From assembly GCA_002869015.1 (NCBI GenBank), contig PKTT01000007.1:558-64557 (forward strand): DNA of 64,000 nt, written 5' to 3'. Positions 52,139-62,203 of the stretch are shown piece by piece. The translations under genes were made by a program, and so were the position numbers. How positions within the stretch are numbered: the first letter of the stretch is position 1; every line of letters begins with the position of its first letter. Below the pieces are notes generated by a model that did no database searches, was not told the origin of the DNA, and saw only the letters and a list, made by a program, of their open reading frames with translations. Origin of the DNA: Deltaproteobacteria bacterium (GTDB taxonomy: Bacteria > Desulfobacterota > Deferrisomatia > Deferrisomatales > BM512).

Positions 52139-53296
52139 TTAACCACCGAGGAGCGACCAGAGAACGCCGGCCGCGATAGCGGAACCGATGACACCTGCCA
52201 CATTCGGCCCCATTGCATGCATGAGGAGGAAGTTGGTCGGGTCCTCCTTTGCGCCTACCTGCTGAACAACGCGCGCCGAATCCGGGACAGCCGAAACGCC
52301 AGCAGCGCCGATGAGGGGGTTGATTTTGTTCTTTGAGATCAGATTCAAAAATTTAGCGAAGAGTACTCCAGCGGCGGTCGCACATGCGAATGATGCCGCG
52401 CCCAGGCCAAATATTTTAAGCGATTGCTCAGTAAGAAAGGTCTCAGCTGAAGCTGATGCGCCAACACTTACACCCAGAAGGATAGTAACTATGTCGATAA
52501 AAGCACTCTTGGCGGTATTTGACAGCCTATCAGTAACGCCACACTCCTTCATCAGGTTGCCGAAAAAGAGCATCCCCAGGAGTATCGCCGCTGCTGGCGC
52601 TATCATTGCGCAAATCATAAAAGATGCTATCGGAAAAAGTATCTTCTCCAACTTTGTCGCCGTTCGGGCCGGCGGCATCTTTATAAGGCGCTCCTCCTTG
52701 GTCGTAAGCAGATACATCACGGGAGGCTGTATAACGGGCACGAGCGCCATGTATGAATAGGCGGCAATCGCTACTGGAGCGATTAGGTGTGGAGCAAGGC
52801 GCGAGGCCAAAAATATCGAGGTCGGCCCGTCAGCGCCGCCGATTATTCCGATTGAACCTGCCTCCGCCGGAGTAAAACCAAGGTGGAGCGCTCCGGCTAG
52901 GGTAGCAAAAATGCCAAATTGAGCGGCTGCGCCGAGGAGCACCAGCCTTGGGTTGGCTATTAACGCCGAAAAGTCAGTCAGCGCGCCAATGCCGAGAAAA
53001 ATCAGGGGCGGGTAAAAACCCTTGAATACCCCCATGTAAATGTAGTCCATTACGGTTGTCGGGCCCGCATCTCCGTTGATGAAAGCGCGGCTGATGAGCT
53101 CAAACCCTTCCGGCATAGGTATATTGGCGATGAGAATACCAAACCCAATCGGAATTAAAAGCAGTGGCTCATAATGCTTTTTGATGGCGAGGTAGATAAA
53201 AGTACAAGCCACCAAAAACATAATGAGGTGCCCCGCGCCAAAGTTCGCGAACCCGGTGCCACCGAAAAATTTAGTCAGGAAAAGGTCTATTCCCAT
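52139..53296 (-). CDS. mmdB: Na+-translocating decarboxylase, membrane beta subunit (MmdB/OadB/GcdB family)
   Basis: Polytopic, 385 aa, with the family-typical stretches GIGALTDF and IIGGADGPT. Confidence 0.9.
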   Translation of the reverse strand: MGIDLFLTKFFGGTGFANFGAGHLIMFLVACTFIYLAIKKHYEPLLLIPIGFGILIANIPMPEGFELISRAFINGDAGPTTVMDYIYMGVFKGFYPPLIFLGIGALTDFSALIANPRLVLLGAAAQFGIFATLAGALHLGFTPAEAGSIGIIGGADGPTSIFLASRLAPHLIAPVAIAAYSYMALVPVIQPPVMYLLTTKEERLIKMPPARTATKLEKILFPIASFMICAMIAPAAAILLGMLFFGNLMKECGVTDRLSNTAKSAFIDIVTILLGVSVGASASAETFLTEQSLKIFGLGAASFACATAAGVLFAKFLNLISKNKINPLIGAAGVSAVPDSARVVQQVGAKEDPTNFLLMHAMGPNVAGVIGSAIAAGVLWSLLGG

Positions 53297-53298
53297 GG

Positions 53299-53760
53299 CT
53301 ACCCGCCGATTACCACCATTACATCATTGACGCTAATCTCCGCACCAGGAGCTACGTTTACCTTGGTAACGGTGCCGGAGACGTGTGCTTTTATCTCGTT
53401 TTCCATCTTCATCGCTTCGATAACGATGACGGTGTCTCCCTCACTTACGGTATCGCCCTCCTTGACCATTACGCTTAATACCAGCCCTGGCATAGGGGCA
53501 GCTACAACCTCTCCGCCCTCAGCGGCAGCGGGGGCGGGGGCAGCCTGTGCAGGTGCTGGAGCTGCCGGAGCCGGAGCAGGCGCTGCTGCCGGAGCTACGG
53601 CGGGCGCTGGCGCCACCGGCACAGCGGAAGTTACTGCACCGCCGGAAACCTGCACTTGGTAGGGGTTTCCGTTGACGGTTACCGAGGCAGCTGCACCGGT
53701 AAAACCGGTGACCTCTACGTCATAACTATTTCCATTGATTGTAAGGTTGTAACGGCTCAT
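53299..53760 (-). CDS. mmdC: biotin carboxyl carrier subunit of the decarboxylase (MmdC/GcdC type)
   Basis: N-terminus [14 protein letters not shown], an Ala/Pro-rich linker, and the biotinyl-lysine motif EAMKMEN. Confidence 0.85.
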   Translation of the reverse strand: MSRYNLTINGNSYDVEVTGFTGAAASVTVNGNPYQVQVSGGAVTSAVPVAPAPAVAPAAAPAPAPAAPAPAQAAPAPAAAEGGEVVAAPMPGLVLSVMVKEGDTVSEGDTVIVIEAMKMENEIKAHVSGTVTKVNVAPGAEISVNDVMVVIGG

Positions 53761-53804
53761 GGAACCTCCTGGCTTTATAGTCTAAATCATTAAATATTTA
53801 TCAA

Positions 53805-54281
53805 TTAACGTCTCAGCTGGCTATACATCCGCATTGTATGCGACTCGGCCCACCCCGCCATTTTCCAGCTCTTCGGAGATAGCGCTGCTGCCGTCTGCGG
53901 GGCGACGCCCAAACCAGCGCCCTCAAGGGCAAGCGCTGCGGCAATTGCCGCCACATGGTCCTCCGGTGGCATTGCAGAGATACTATCCAACAGGATACCG
54001 ACTGCGACCGCAGCCGCAACTTTTTCATTTTTCACATCACCGGCTGTCATAATTCGGCTCTCCTTATTAACACCATCCACGATCTTTTCGCCCGCAGCCG
54101 ATTTATCTAACAAAACCGCGGACGCCGCCTTTAGTCCCTCGCTCTTTTCATTTATTAGCGCGAGGATCTTTTTAAAGACGTTCATATAAATGGAGAGCAG
54201 AAAAAGTGCGCTGAAAACCACCGCCATTCCTACAACGGCTGTCATCAGTGCCAACTCTCCAATGCTTAAATTTTCTATCAT
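53805..54281 (-). CDS. mmdD: decarboxylase small membrane-anchor subunit (OadG/MmdD-like)
   Basis: Single N-terminal TM helix (LALMTAVVGMAVVFSALFLLSIYM) followed by an Ala-rich soluble tail. Its position between the carboxyltransferase and carrier genes matches the Veillonella mmd operon. Confidence 0.6.
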   Translation of the reverse strand: MIENLSIGELALMTAVVGMAVVFSALFLLSIYMNVFKKILALINEKSEGLKAASAVLLDKSAAGEKIVDGVNKESRIMTAGDVKNEKVAAAVAVGILLDSISAMPPEDHVAAIAAALALEGAGLGVAPQTAAALSPKSWKMAGWAESHTMRMYSQLRR

Positions 54282-54304
54282 CTCTCATACACTCGTTAAT
54301 GAGG

Positions 54305-55858
54305 TTACAGAGGGATGTTGCCATGCTTACGGGGTGGATTGGTGTCGCGCTTGTTTTTCAATGCCTCAAGCCCCTGAATGATCCTTATGCGGGTATCTTC
54401 TGGCATAATAACCTCATCGATATAGCCGAGTTCAGCTGCTTGATATGGATTGGCAAATCTTTCACTGTACTCGGATATCTTCTCCTGCCTGGCGGCCTTC
54501 TCGTCTTTGGCTTTTTTAATTTCTTTCGCAAAGATGATGTCAACCGCTCCCTGCGGACCCATAACCGCTATCTCTGCGGTTGGGTAAGCAAGGTTTAGGT
54601 CGCCGCGAAGATGCTTTGAGCTCATCACGCAGTATGCTCCGCCATAAGCCTTCCGGGTGATAACGGTGATCTTAGGCACCGTCGCTTCAGAGTAGGCATA
54701 GATTAGTTTTGCCCCATGCTTGATGATGCCGGCGTACTCCTGGTTTGTGCCGGGAAGGTATCCTGGAACATCCTCAAGGGTTACTATAGGTACATTGAAA
54801 GCATCGCAGAATCGTATAAAGCGAGCGCCTTTCATAGATGCATTGACATCTAGACAGCCAGCCAAATTGGTGGGCTGGTTTGCGACAATGCCAACAACGT
54901 TTCCACCCATACGGGCAAAACCGACTATTATATTCAAAGCGTAGTGCTTGTGAACTTCGTAAAACTGCCCGTCATCAACCATCGAGGAGATGATGGTCTT
55001 CATGTCATAGCCCTTATTCGGATTATCCGGTACCGTCTCGTTTATCTCCGTGAGCTTTCTGTCCACCGGATCTGATGACGGTACGAAGGGCGGGTCTTCG
55101 AGGTTATTGGAGGGCAAGTAGGAGAGGAGGTTTTTAATCTCGTCAATACACTCCTCATCGTTGGCGGTGGCAAAGTGAGCTACGCCTGAGGTCTGGTTGT
55201 GGACCATGGCGCCGCCGAGGTTATCCATAGTGACATCCTCGTTGGTAACAGACTTGATCACTTTGGGACCGGTTATAAACATGTGGCTTGAGCCGTCCAC
55301 CATGAAGATGAAATCGGTCAGAGCGGGGCTGTAGACAGCGCCACCGGCGCAGGTACCGATAATTGCAGATATCTGAGGAATGACTCCTGAGCCCATGACG
55401 TTACGGTGGAATATATTTGCGTAACCGGCCAGAGAGCCGACCCCTTCCTGAATTCTCGCGCCGCCCGAGTCATTGAAGCCGACGAATGGGGCACCATTTT
55501 TAAGCGCAGCGTCCATAACCTTGCAAATCTTGTTTGCCATCGTAAGGGACATGGAGCCGCCAATAACAGTGAAGTCTTGAGCGTATGCATAGACATGCCG
55601 CCCATTAACTTTGCCAAATCCCGTTACGACGCCGTCGCCGAGAAATTTCATCTTCTCCATGCCAAAGTTCTGGCACTGGTGCGTGACGAATTTGTCCATC
55701 TCGACGAAGGTGCCCTCGTCAAAGAATCGCAGCATGCGCTCGCGCGCTGTAAGCTTGCCTTTAGCGTGGTGCTTTGCTACGCGGTCCTCACCGCCACCAG
55801 CCTCAGCCTTAGCATTTCGCTTCGAGAGCGCGTCAAATCTCTCCTGAAGAGTCGACAT
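54305..55858 (-). CDS. mmdA: methylmalonyl-CoA carboxyltransferase (MmdA / transcarboxylase 12S / PccB family)
   Basis: 517 aa with the two-domain crotonase-like carboxyltransferase pattern (GKLTARERM ... [10 protein letters not shown] ... GGAYCVM). Confidence 0.9.
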   Translation of the reverse strand: MSTLQERFDALSKRNAKAEAGGGEDRVAKHHAKGKLTARERMLRFFDEGTFVEMDKFVTHQCQNFGMEKMKFLGDGVVTGFGKVNGRHVYAYAQDFTVIGGSMSLTMANKICKVMDAALKNGAPFVGFNDSGGARIQEGVGSLAGYANIFHRNVMGSGVIPQISAIIGTCAGGAVYSPALTDFIFMVDGSSHMFITGPKVIKSVTNEDVTMDNLGGAMVHNQTSGVAHFATANDEECIDEIKNLLSYLPSNNLEDPPFVPSSDPVDRKLTEINETVPDNPNKGYDMKTIISSMVDDGQFYEVHKHYALNIIVGFARMGGNVVGIVANQPTNLAGCLDVNASMKGARFIRFCDAFNVPIVTLEDVPGYLPGTNQEYAGIIKHGAKLIYAYSEATVPKITVITRKAYGGAYCVMSSKHLRGDLNLAYPTAEIAVMGPQGAVDIIFAKEIKKAKDEKAARQEKISEYSERFANPYQAAELGYIDEVIMPEDTRIRIIQGLEALKNKRDTNPPRKHGNIPL

Positions 55859-55897
55859 CAGTTCCTCCTCTATCTAAATTGCCAATTTTAATTATCG

Positions 55898-57829
55898 TTA
55901 TTCAATGACCAGAAGAACTGCACCGGTCTCGACCGTAGCGCCATTGGCGGATACAATCTCTTTTACTGTGCCGCTTATAGGGGCCTCGAGATTATTCTCC
56001 ATCTTCATGGCCTCGAGGACTACGACTACATCGCCCGCGCTCACCGCATCACCAACTTTCACCTTGTAGTCTATGACAAGACCTGGCATTGGCGAGGTCA
56101 AAACTCCCGCGCCGGTTGGTGCCGATTGCGCGGCGGGCTTTGGCGAAGGCGCTGCGGCAGGGGCAGCCACTGTGGCAGGTGCAGGGGCCGCTGTTGCTGG
56201 AGCTGCTACTGCTGCTTGAGGGGCTTGCGTGGGAAGGGCGCCATCTATTGTTACCTCAATAGCTTCGCCGTCAACGAATATCTGATAGGAACGCGCCCCG
56301 CTGGAGGGTGCCGCTGCGGAGCCCTTTTCGACTAGCTCACCAGCCTTAGCCTTGGCGACGAGCGCCTCTTCCGCCTGAGCCTCTTCAATGGTACGAGGCG
56401 TCCACTCTGCGGGGGGATCCTCAAGCCCTTCACGGACACGGAGGAAGCGTTTACCGGTGGTGGGAAATAAAGTATAGAGGATTAGATCCTTGCGGTCCTT
56501 CGCAAGGTCTCCGATCTCAGCCTTTGCCGCCTCTAACTCGGGCTCAAGGATATCCGCCGGGCGGCAGGTTATAGGCTCCTCACCTCTTGAGTAACCCTTA
56601 AGCGCAAGCGCACGGAGCTCCTCATTCATCTCGGCCGGAGGTGTACCGTAGAGGCCGTAGCAGTAATCCTTCACCTGACCCGAAATCATCTTATAGCGCT
56701 CTTCCAGCGTCCCCTCAGGTTTTCCGAAAAGAACATTCTGAACTGCCTGTACGCCAACAATCTGGCTAGTTGGCGTAACAAGGGGAGGGAAACCAAGGTC
56801 TTTCCTGACCTTTGGCAACTCCTTAAAGACCGCGCTTAGTTTATCAGTGGCGTTGGCCTGGCGAAGCTGGTTTACGAGATTGGATAGCATTCCGCCGGGA
56901 ACTTGATGGCGAAGAACACCGATGTCGACGACAGCGAGGCGGGTGGTATCAAGCAGGTGCCTGTATTTTGGGGCTATACCTTCAAGGTACTCATTGATCT
57001 CATTTAACTTATCGAAATCAAGGCCCGTATCGCGAGCGGTACCCTGGAGCTGAGCAACTATAGGCTCAATCGCCGGGTGGCTAGTTCGATTGGCAAAGGG
57101 CGCGGAGCAGGTATCAAGTATATCCACTCCAGCCTCAATGGCCTTTAGGAAGGTGTACTCGGCAAGCCCGGAAGTCGTATGGCAATGAAGCTCAATGGGT
57201 ATATCTACAGTGCTCTTGAGACCCTTAATGAGGGTGTAGGCATCATCGGGTGAGAGCAGCCCGGCCATATCCTTGATGCAGATCGAATGTGCCCCCATCT
57301 CGGCAAAGGTCTTTGCTTTTCCAAGCCAGTATTCAAGGGTAAAGATATCACCACCCATACTGCGCTCGGTCAGGGTAAAGGAGAGTGCTGCCTGAAAATG
57401 TTGCTTATTCTTGAGGACTGCTTTCGCGGCAGTTTCGAAGTTTCTAGGATCATTTAAGGCGTCGAAGATGCGGAAGATATTTATTCCAACATCGCAAGCT
57501 TCATCTACAAATGCCTCTACGACGTCATCGGCATAGTTCCTGTACCCTACTGCATTCTGCCCCCTGAGGAGCATTTGGAATTTAACCTCTTCGGGGATGT
57601 ACTTTCTTAGAGTACGCGGCCGCTCCCATGGGTCCTCGCCAAGGAATCTGTGCATAGTATCAAAAGTGGCGCCACCCCAAACCTCCATGGAGTGGTAACC
57701 AACTTTACCCGCCGTCTCAGCGATTGCTTCAATATCCTCTGTGCGCATACGGGTGGCAAATAGACTCTGGTGACCGTCACGAAAAGTGAGGTCTGTAATC
57801 TTCAAGGGGTTTTTCTTCTTCTTGCTCAT
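55898..57829 (-). CDS. oxaloacetate decarboxylase alpha / transcarboxylase 5S-like carboxyltransferase with fused biotinyl domain
   Basis: HMGL-like N-terminus (ITDLTFRDGHQS), an Ala/Pro linker, and a C-terminal EAMKMEN biotinyl domain. The start is moved to the ATG at 57829, 4 nt after AAGGAGAA; the track extension to 57949 is unsupported. Confidence 0.9.
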   Translation of the reverse strand: MSKKKKNPLKITDLTFRDGHQSLFATRMRTEDIEAIAETAGKVGYHSMEVWGGATFDTMHRFLGEDPWERPRTLRKYIPEEVKFQMLLRGQNAVGYRNYADDVVEAFVDEACDVGINIFRIFDALNDPRNFETAAKAVLKNKQHFQAALSFTLTERSMGGDIFTLEYWLGKAKTFAEMGAHSICIKDMAGLLSPDDAYTLIKGLKSTVDIPIELHCHTTSGLAEYTFLKAIEAGVDILDTCSAPFANRTSHPAIEPIVAQLQGTARDTGLDFDKLNEINEYLEGIAPKYRHLLDTTRLAVVDIGVLRHQVPGGMLSNLVNQLRQANATDKLSAVFKELPKVRKDLGFPPLVTPTSQIVGVQAVQNVLFGKPEGTLEERYKMISGQVKDYCYGLYGTPPAEMNEELRALALKGYSRGEEPITCRPADILEPELEAAKAEIGDLAKDRKDLILYTLFPTTGKRFLRVREGLEDPPAEWTPRTIEEAQAEEALVAKAKAGELVEKGSAAAPSSGARSYQIFVDGEAIEVTIDGALPTQAPQAAVAAPATAAPAPATVAAPAAAPSPKPAAQSAPTGAGVLTSPMPGLVIDYKVKVGDAVSAGDVVVVLEAMKMENNLEAPISGTVKEIVSANGATVETGAVLLVIE

Positions 57830-58095
57830 AAAGTTCTCCTTATCCGCTGATCTATCTGAACTTATCTTTATGCCAGATTTGACCCCAAGATTGCTACCCG
57901 CTTTTTTTGCGGGCAACTCTGCCACCGATGAGGCTGGCTTGCTCCTCACCTACGCCAAGATAAACTAATGCCTGAAAAAGCCTGTCACAGCTTGGGAATT
58001 CGCGAGAAGCACCTCCCGCATGCTTGACTGCGGCCTATTAGAAAGAGCAAAGGGGGCAATAAAAAATTTCTATACCCACCTGATTTTTTTATAAA

Positions 58096-58707
58096 TCAGT
58101 TGCCCCTGCAAAGGACGGCTAGAACACGAGCCTTCTCATCACCATGGGAGAGCAGGCGGTGTTTTAAAGAGGATTCGAAGTAGACTGAGTCTCCCTCCTC
58201 TAAAACTATTCTGTCATCCCCGAGAAGTAGCTCGACCTCACCCTCCATCACCAGCAGAAACTCCTCACCCTCGTGAGAGTACTGGTTATCGTCGTCACGC
58301 ACCCCGGGCTCAACGGTCAGGACAAAGGGCTCCATCAATTTGTCGCGCTTTTTGTGAGTCAGGGCATGATAGATGTACCCATGCTGGCCACCTGAAGAGG
58401 AGATAACCTTGGTTACTATAGGGCGCTGTTCGGCTCGGAGAACCTCATAGTCACTCTCTATCCCCTCGTCTTCAAAGAAGTATCCAACTCGCACCCCCAG
58501 GACCTTCGCTATCCGTGAAAGCGTTGCGATTGGAGGCGAGACATTATTATTCTCTATTTGAGATATAAGGGCGGGCGAAAAGCCCGTATCGTTGGCAACT
58601 TCCTGCAAAGTTTTCTTCTTCGCAGTTCTGAGCGCCTTTATCTTGGCGCCTATCTCAAAATCATCGACCTGTTTTTCGGCCGCTTTTTTTACTTTAGTCT
58701 TACCCAC
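58096..58707 (-). CDS. XRE-family HTH regulator with C-terminal cupin domain
   Basis: HTH_3-like region (LRTAKKKTLQEVANDTGFSPALISQIENN) and a cupin motif (HSHEGEEFLLVMEG ... GDSVYF). Confidence 0.85.
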   Translation of the reverse strand: MGKTKVKKAAEKQVDDFEIGAKIKALRTAKKKTLQEVANDTGFSPALISQIENNNVSPPIATLSRIAKVLGVRVGYFFEDEGIESDYEVLRAEQRPIVTKVISSSGGQHGYIYHALTHKKRDKLMEPFVLTVEPGVRDDDNQYSHEGEEFLLVMEGEVELLLGDDRIVLEEGDSVYFESSLKHRLLSHGDEKARVLAVLCRGN

Positions 58708-58800
58708 TCTTCGCCTCTGGAGATTCCAATACCAGTCTGAAAATATCAGCTGATTTTAGGGTAAGTAATGAATTGGGTCAAGAAAATCTTAAGGGATATT

Positions 58801-58839
58801 AAAAGGGGTTTAGCACGATTAAAACAACCGTGCTAAACC
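58801..58839 (-). terminator. 11-bp perfect inverted repeat downstream of the IclR gene (terminator-like; arms resemble CIRCE)
   Basis: GGTTTAGCACG / 11 nt / CGTGCTAAACC. On the minus strand it is followed by CCUUUUAAU. Confidence 0.45.
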
Positions 58840-58865
58840 TTTGGATTTGTGAAACAAATTTCTTG

Positions 58866-59654
58866 CTAGATGGATATCGCGTAGCCGAGCCGCTCGGAAA
58901 GGCGCTCTCCCGCTTCTTTGGCTAAGGGGATTAGCTCCTCTTTCAACCTTTCATCAGTAAAGCGGTAGGCTGGGCCGGATATGGATATCCCGGCGATAAC
59001 CCTTCGAGTGTAATCGTGTACGGGAACACCCACGCAGCGGATGCCCTCGTCATACTCCTCATCGTCAAGCGCATAACCCTGATCGTGGATCATCTTGAGG
59101 TGCTCTATCAGTTCATCCTTGTCAATTATCGTATTGTGTGTGAACTGCTGGAGGGGACCCTCTTCAAGCGCCTGTCTCATCTCATCCGCTGACTCATAGG
59201 CAACCTGAACTTTACCGACTGCTGAAGAGAAAACCGGCAAGCCCACACCAACTCTTGATACGACTCGAACCGGCCTTGATGCCTCAACCACATCAACATA
59301 GACGACACGGTTCTCCCTAATGAGCCCCAAGTAAGCAGTCTCATTACACTTGTCGACAACTTCCTGAAGTATCGGGCGAGCCATCTTAAGGAGGCCCATG
59401 TGCTTTATAAAGACTTGCCCAAGCTCTAGAACGCGCAAGCCTAATCTATAGTTACCGGTTATCTTGTTCTGCTCCATGTACCCCATCGATTCCAGGGTAG
59501 CAAGGAGGCGGAAGACATTGTTCTTGTGAAGGCCGAGGCGTTTTGAGAGCTCAGTTACACCGAGCTCTATCTCATCCCCGCGGTACTCCTCAAGCAGGTC
59601 CAGTGCGTTTGTTACCGACTGTATTATGTAGCTGGATTTTTTGCGTTTCCCCAC
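58866..59654 (-). CDS. IclR-family transcriptional regulator
   Basis: N-terminal winged HTH (ALDLLEEY...LGVTELSKRLGLHKNNVFRLL) and a C-terminal IclR effector domain. GTG start with GAGG 7 nt upstream. Confidence 0.9.
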   Translation of the reverse strand: MGKRKKSSYIIQSVTNALDLLEEYRGDEIELGVTELSKRLGLHKNNVFRLLATLESMGYMEQNKITGNYRLGLRVLELGQVFIKHMGLLKMARPILQEVVDKCNETAYLGLIRENRVVYVDVVEASRPVRVVSRVGVGLPVFSSAVGKVQVAYESADEMRQALEEGPLQQFTHNTIIDKDELIEHLKMIHDQGYALDDEEYDEGIRCVGVPVHDYTRRVIAGISISGPAYRFTDERLKEELIPLAKEAGERLSERLGYAISI

Positions 59655-59825
59655 TTTCGTACCTCTGTCTTCCTATTTATCATATTTTGAGCGGTCCTCT
59701 TCCCTTGGGGTAATGCTACCTCCTGCAAAAAGAGCGCGCAATTAAGTTCAACAAATTACCTCCTCAATAATGAAATCGGGAGAGCCCTCTGTCAAGAGCG
59801 TAATATTTCACATTCACTTGTTATC

Positions 59826-59859
59826 AAAAAAAAAGCGCTGACGGTTATACCGCCAGCGC
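59826..59859 (-). terminator. rho-independent terminator after acsE
   Basis: On the minus strand: GGCGCUGGCGG / uauaa / CCGUCAGCGC (one mismatch), followed by U9. Confidence 0.6.
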
Positions 59860-59882
59860 CATTTTGTCTTGTTTGACTCGTT

Positions 59883-60764
59883 TTAGTTTTCGAGCCAGCT
59901 GTGCGAGTAGAGCACGTCACCGTTAAGGACACGGTAGGTTTTGAGCAGCTTCGTCTCCATATCGGTTGTGGCTGTGGGGTTCTCACCATCCTGGCACTTC
60001 TTTACGAAGGCCGCTTCGGCTTCCCACTTGCCCTGACAGATATCCATCATCTCTTTGTCGTAAGCATCAACGATGGCAGACTCCTGACCAAGGTTGTAAA
60101 GCATAAGGAGATAAACCTGGTTCAGAATCGGACGAAGGTCATCGGGTGCGCCGTTAGAGACGTTGGAGAGACCGCAGGTATTTGTAGCGCCGGGGACAAT
60201 CATCGGAATCATGGGCATGAACTCCATGTATGCCTTGACCTGATTGATGTCTACGGATACGGGCAGGACGATGGGGTCTACCCAGTAACGCTCGTGGTCG
60301 ATACCAAGCTCCTCGGCGGCGGCCATGATGGAGGTGAGGGCAACCGCACGCTCATTGGCGTCACGCGGAATTCCCTCTTCACTCATGGTAAGCGCTACAA
60401 AGTCCGCGTCGTATTTCTTGACGAGGGGCAGACGCTCGCCCATTGAGGTGGGGTGAGCGGAGATGGAGTTGACAAGGGCGCGCTCGTTGCAGACCTTTAG
60501 GCCGGCCTCAACGGCTACGGAGTTGGTTGAGTCGAGTGCGAGGCGTACGTCGGACTTGACCTCCTGCACGGTCTCGACCAGCCAGGCCATCATCTCGTCG
60601 CCAGCCTTGCGGGCGGGGCCGAGGTTGAGGTCTAGCATATCGGAACCTTTGGCGAGCTCCTCCTCAGCCATCTGCTGAATCGGGCCTTTGACTCGCTCAC
60701 GGATGGCGGGGCCAATGGTCTTGGACATGATATTGATTGACTCTGCAATCGTATAGATTTTCAT
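59883..60764 (-). CDS. acsE: methyltetrahydrofolate:corrinoid/iron-sulfur protein methyltransferase
   Basis: Pterin-binding barrel with MeTr-typical stretches (LDLNLGPA, MAWLVETVQEV, LDSTN, EAGLK, GLSNVS). Confidence 0.88.
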   Translation of the reverse strand: MKIYTIAESINIMSKTIGPAIRERVKGPIQQMAEEELAKGSDMLDLNLGPARKAGDEMMAWLVETVQEVKSDVRLALDSTNSVAVEAGLKVCNERALVNSISAHPTSMGERLPLVKKYDADFVALTMSEEGIPRDANERAVALTSIMAAAEELGIDHERYWVDPIVLPVSVDINQVKAYMEFMPMIPMIVPGATNTCGLSNVSNGAPDDLRPILNQVYLLMLYNLGQESAIVDAYDKEMMDICQGKWEAEAAFVKKCQDGENPTATTDMETKLLKTYRVLNGDVLYSHSWLEN

Positions 60765-60862
60765 CGTTTATCCTCCAAAAGGAAAAATTCGGCTCAATTA
60801 GCCTTGGTAGTTAAAACTGGCGCGGAGGAAAGGTCCTCCGCGCCATTTGGCTTAATCTCGCC

Positions 60863-62203
60863 CTAGTAATCCTTAAGGAACTTGGGCAGGTCCGCAGCTT
60901 CGCGGGTACCGATAACGACTTCCCAGCCATCGCCGAGCTCTTCCTGGAACTCGCCGGAGATCTGGGCAACGTAGCCGGGGATGATGATTTTCTTGTGGTT
61001 GATCTTCTCTTCAATGCCGGACTTCTTGACGAAGGGCGCCATCGCATCAGCGACAAACTTACCGGCCGACCATGCAGTGAGAACACTCATACCCTCTGTG
61101 TCCATGATGAGGAGCCAGGTGGGAACGCGGCTAGCCTCGACTTCGGCGCTGACGACGAAGTACGTAAGCGCGAAGTTGGTCGTAATGATAACGGGGCTGT
61201 CCGGGCCGGGGGCGTTGATTTCGTAGATGCCCTGGTCCATGGTCATCGGCCTCTGCGGATCGGTGTAGATGTTGAGGCGGTTGACTGTTGTGGGAAGTAC
61301 GACAGCCGGGTCGAGGGTGGAAATGACAACGATGCCGGAGTATTTAGCAAGCAGCATGTTGGCGTAAGCCATCTCGGTGAAGAGGTCGTCGGTCATTTTG
61401 CAAGCGAAGGAGATGGTCGGGAAGCCGACGTCTCTCATCTTCTTATCGAGGGCTGCACGGCGCGCGCCAATGTTCTCTGTGAGAGCCGAGCGAATGTCGG
61501 TCCAACCGGCATCGATAAGCACCTCTTTGCTGCCCTTGGCAACAAACTTGGCGCCAGCCTCAGAGGCAGCAGCCATGCCATCAGCGGTGATAACCGGTAC
61601 GCAGCCGTTCGCGTTGCAGAACTCAATGCATGCTTCGGCGTTGTCGGCGTTAGCGCCAGCGGCGGCAAACTTCTTGCCTTTAAGAATCTCTGCGGCTGCA
61701 GAGAGGGTATCCATGTCGCACTCAAGGACAATAGCCTTGTCGCCTGCTGCGGCTACCTTTTTGACTAGCGCAAGGAAGGAGTCTTTGTCTCCCTTTGCAT
61801 CAGCAAGGTAGGCACCATTGGCGGCTAGGGTATAACCAACACGCTCGAAGGATACCTCGTAGAGATTTTTGAGCTCTGCATCAACCTTGGCATCGTCCAT
61901 ATCATTGGAGAGATAAACGAGAATGCCGCAGGCGTTGACGAAGGTTTTCTCGTGACGATACTTGACGGTCTCGCCGCCACACTTGAATGCAGCGTCGCCA
62001 TTGCCAAGGGTAACAACACGAATTGGGGGCGCGCTTGCTTCCGCGAGCTGGCTCTTTGCCTCGTCGGATACGTGAGGACACTGGGAAAGCTCCGCCTTGC
62101 CTGCAGCAAGTTTCATAGCAAAGGCTAGGCAGGTGGGGTCACCGCAGTCTTTGCAGTTTGTCTGCGGCAACAGCTTGTAAATTTGGATACCGGTCAAAGC
62201 CAT
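60863..62203 (-). CDS. acsC: corrinoid iron-sulfur protein, large subunit
   Basis: N-terminal [4Fe-4S] motif (CKDCGDPTCLAFAMKLA...C). 446 aa, sitting between acsB and acsE. Confidence 0.88.
   Translation of the reverse strand: MALTGIQIYKLLPQTNCKDCGDPTCLAFAMKLAAGKAELSQCPHVSDEAKSQLAEASAPPIRVVTLGNGDAAFKCGGETVKYRHEKTFVNACGILVYLSNDMDDAKVDAELKNLYEVSFERVGYTLAANGAYLADAKGDKDSFLALVKKVAAAGDKAIVLECDMDTLSAAAEILKGKKFAAAGANADNAEACIEFCNANGCVPVITADGMAAASEAGAKFVAKGSKEVLIDAGWTDIRSALTENIGARRAALDKKMRDVGFPTISFACKMTDDLFTEMAYANMLLAKYSGIVVISTLDPAVVLPTTVNRLNIYTDPQRPMTMDQGIYEINAPGPDSPVIITTNFALTYFVVSAEVEASRVPTWLLIMDTEGMSVLTAWSAGKFVADAMAPFVKKSGIEEKINHKKIIIPGYVAQISGEFQEELGDGWEVVIGTREAADLPKFLKDY

Noticed and set aside
53520-53640. 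GC-rich quasi-repetitive DNA (also at about 56130-56240)
   Set aside because: These stretches encode the Ala/Pro-rich flexible linkers of the two biotin carrier domains. They are not CRISPR or other non-coding repeats.
53174-53662. 162-aa plus-strand ORF with an Ala/Gly-rich tail
   Set aside because: It is antisense to mmdB/mmdC. The Ala/Gly run is simply the reverse complement of the carrier protein's Ala/Pro linker.
57830-57949. 40-residue N-terminal extension of the OadA/5S-like ORF in the track
   Set aside because: The internal ATG at 57829 is preceded by AAGGAGAA at ideal spacing, and the family N-terminus (LKITDLTFRDGHQS) begins right after it. The extension is Ser/Lys/Ala-rich with no SD.
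59901-61768. Plus-strand ORFs of 181 aa (59901-60446) and 257 aa (60995-61768)
   Set aside because: They are antisense to acsE and acsC, which carry clear family motifs. The translations are low-complexity and Gly/Val/Asp-rich.
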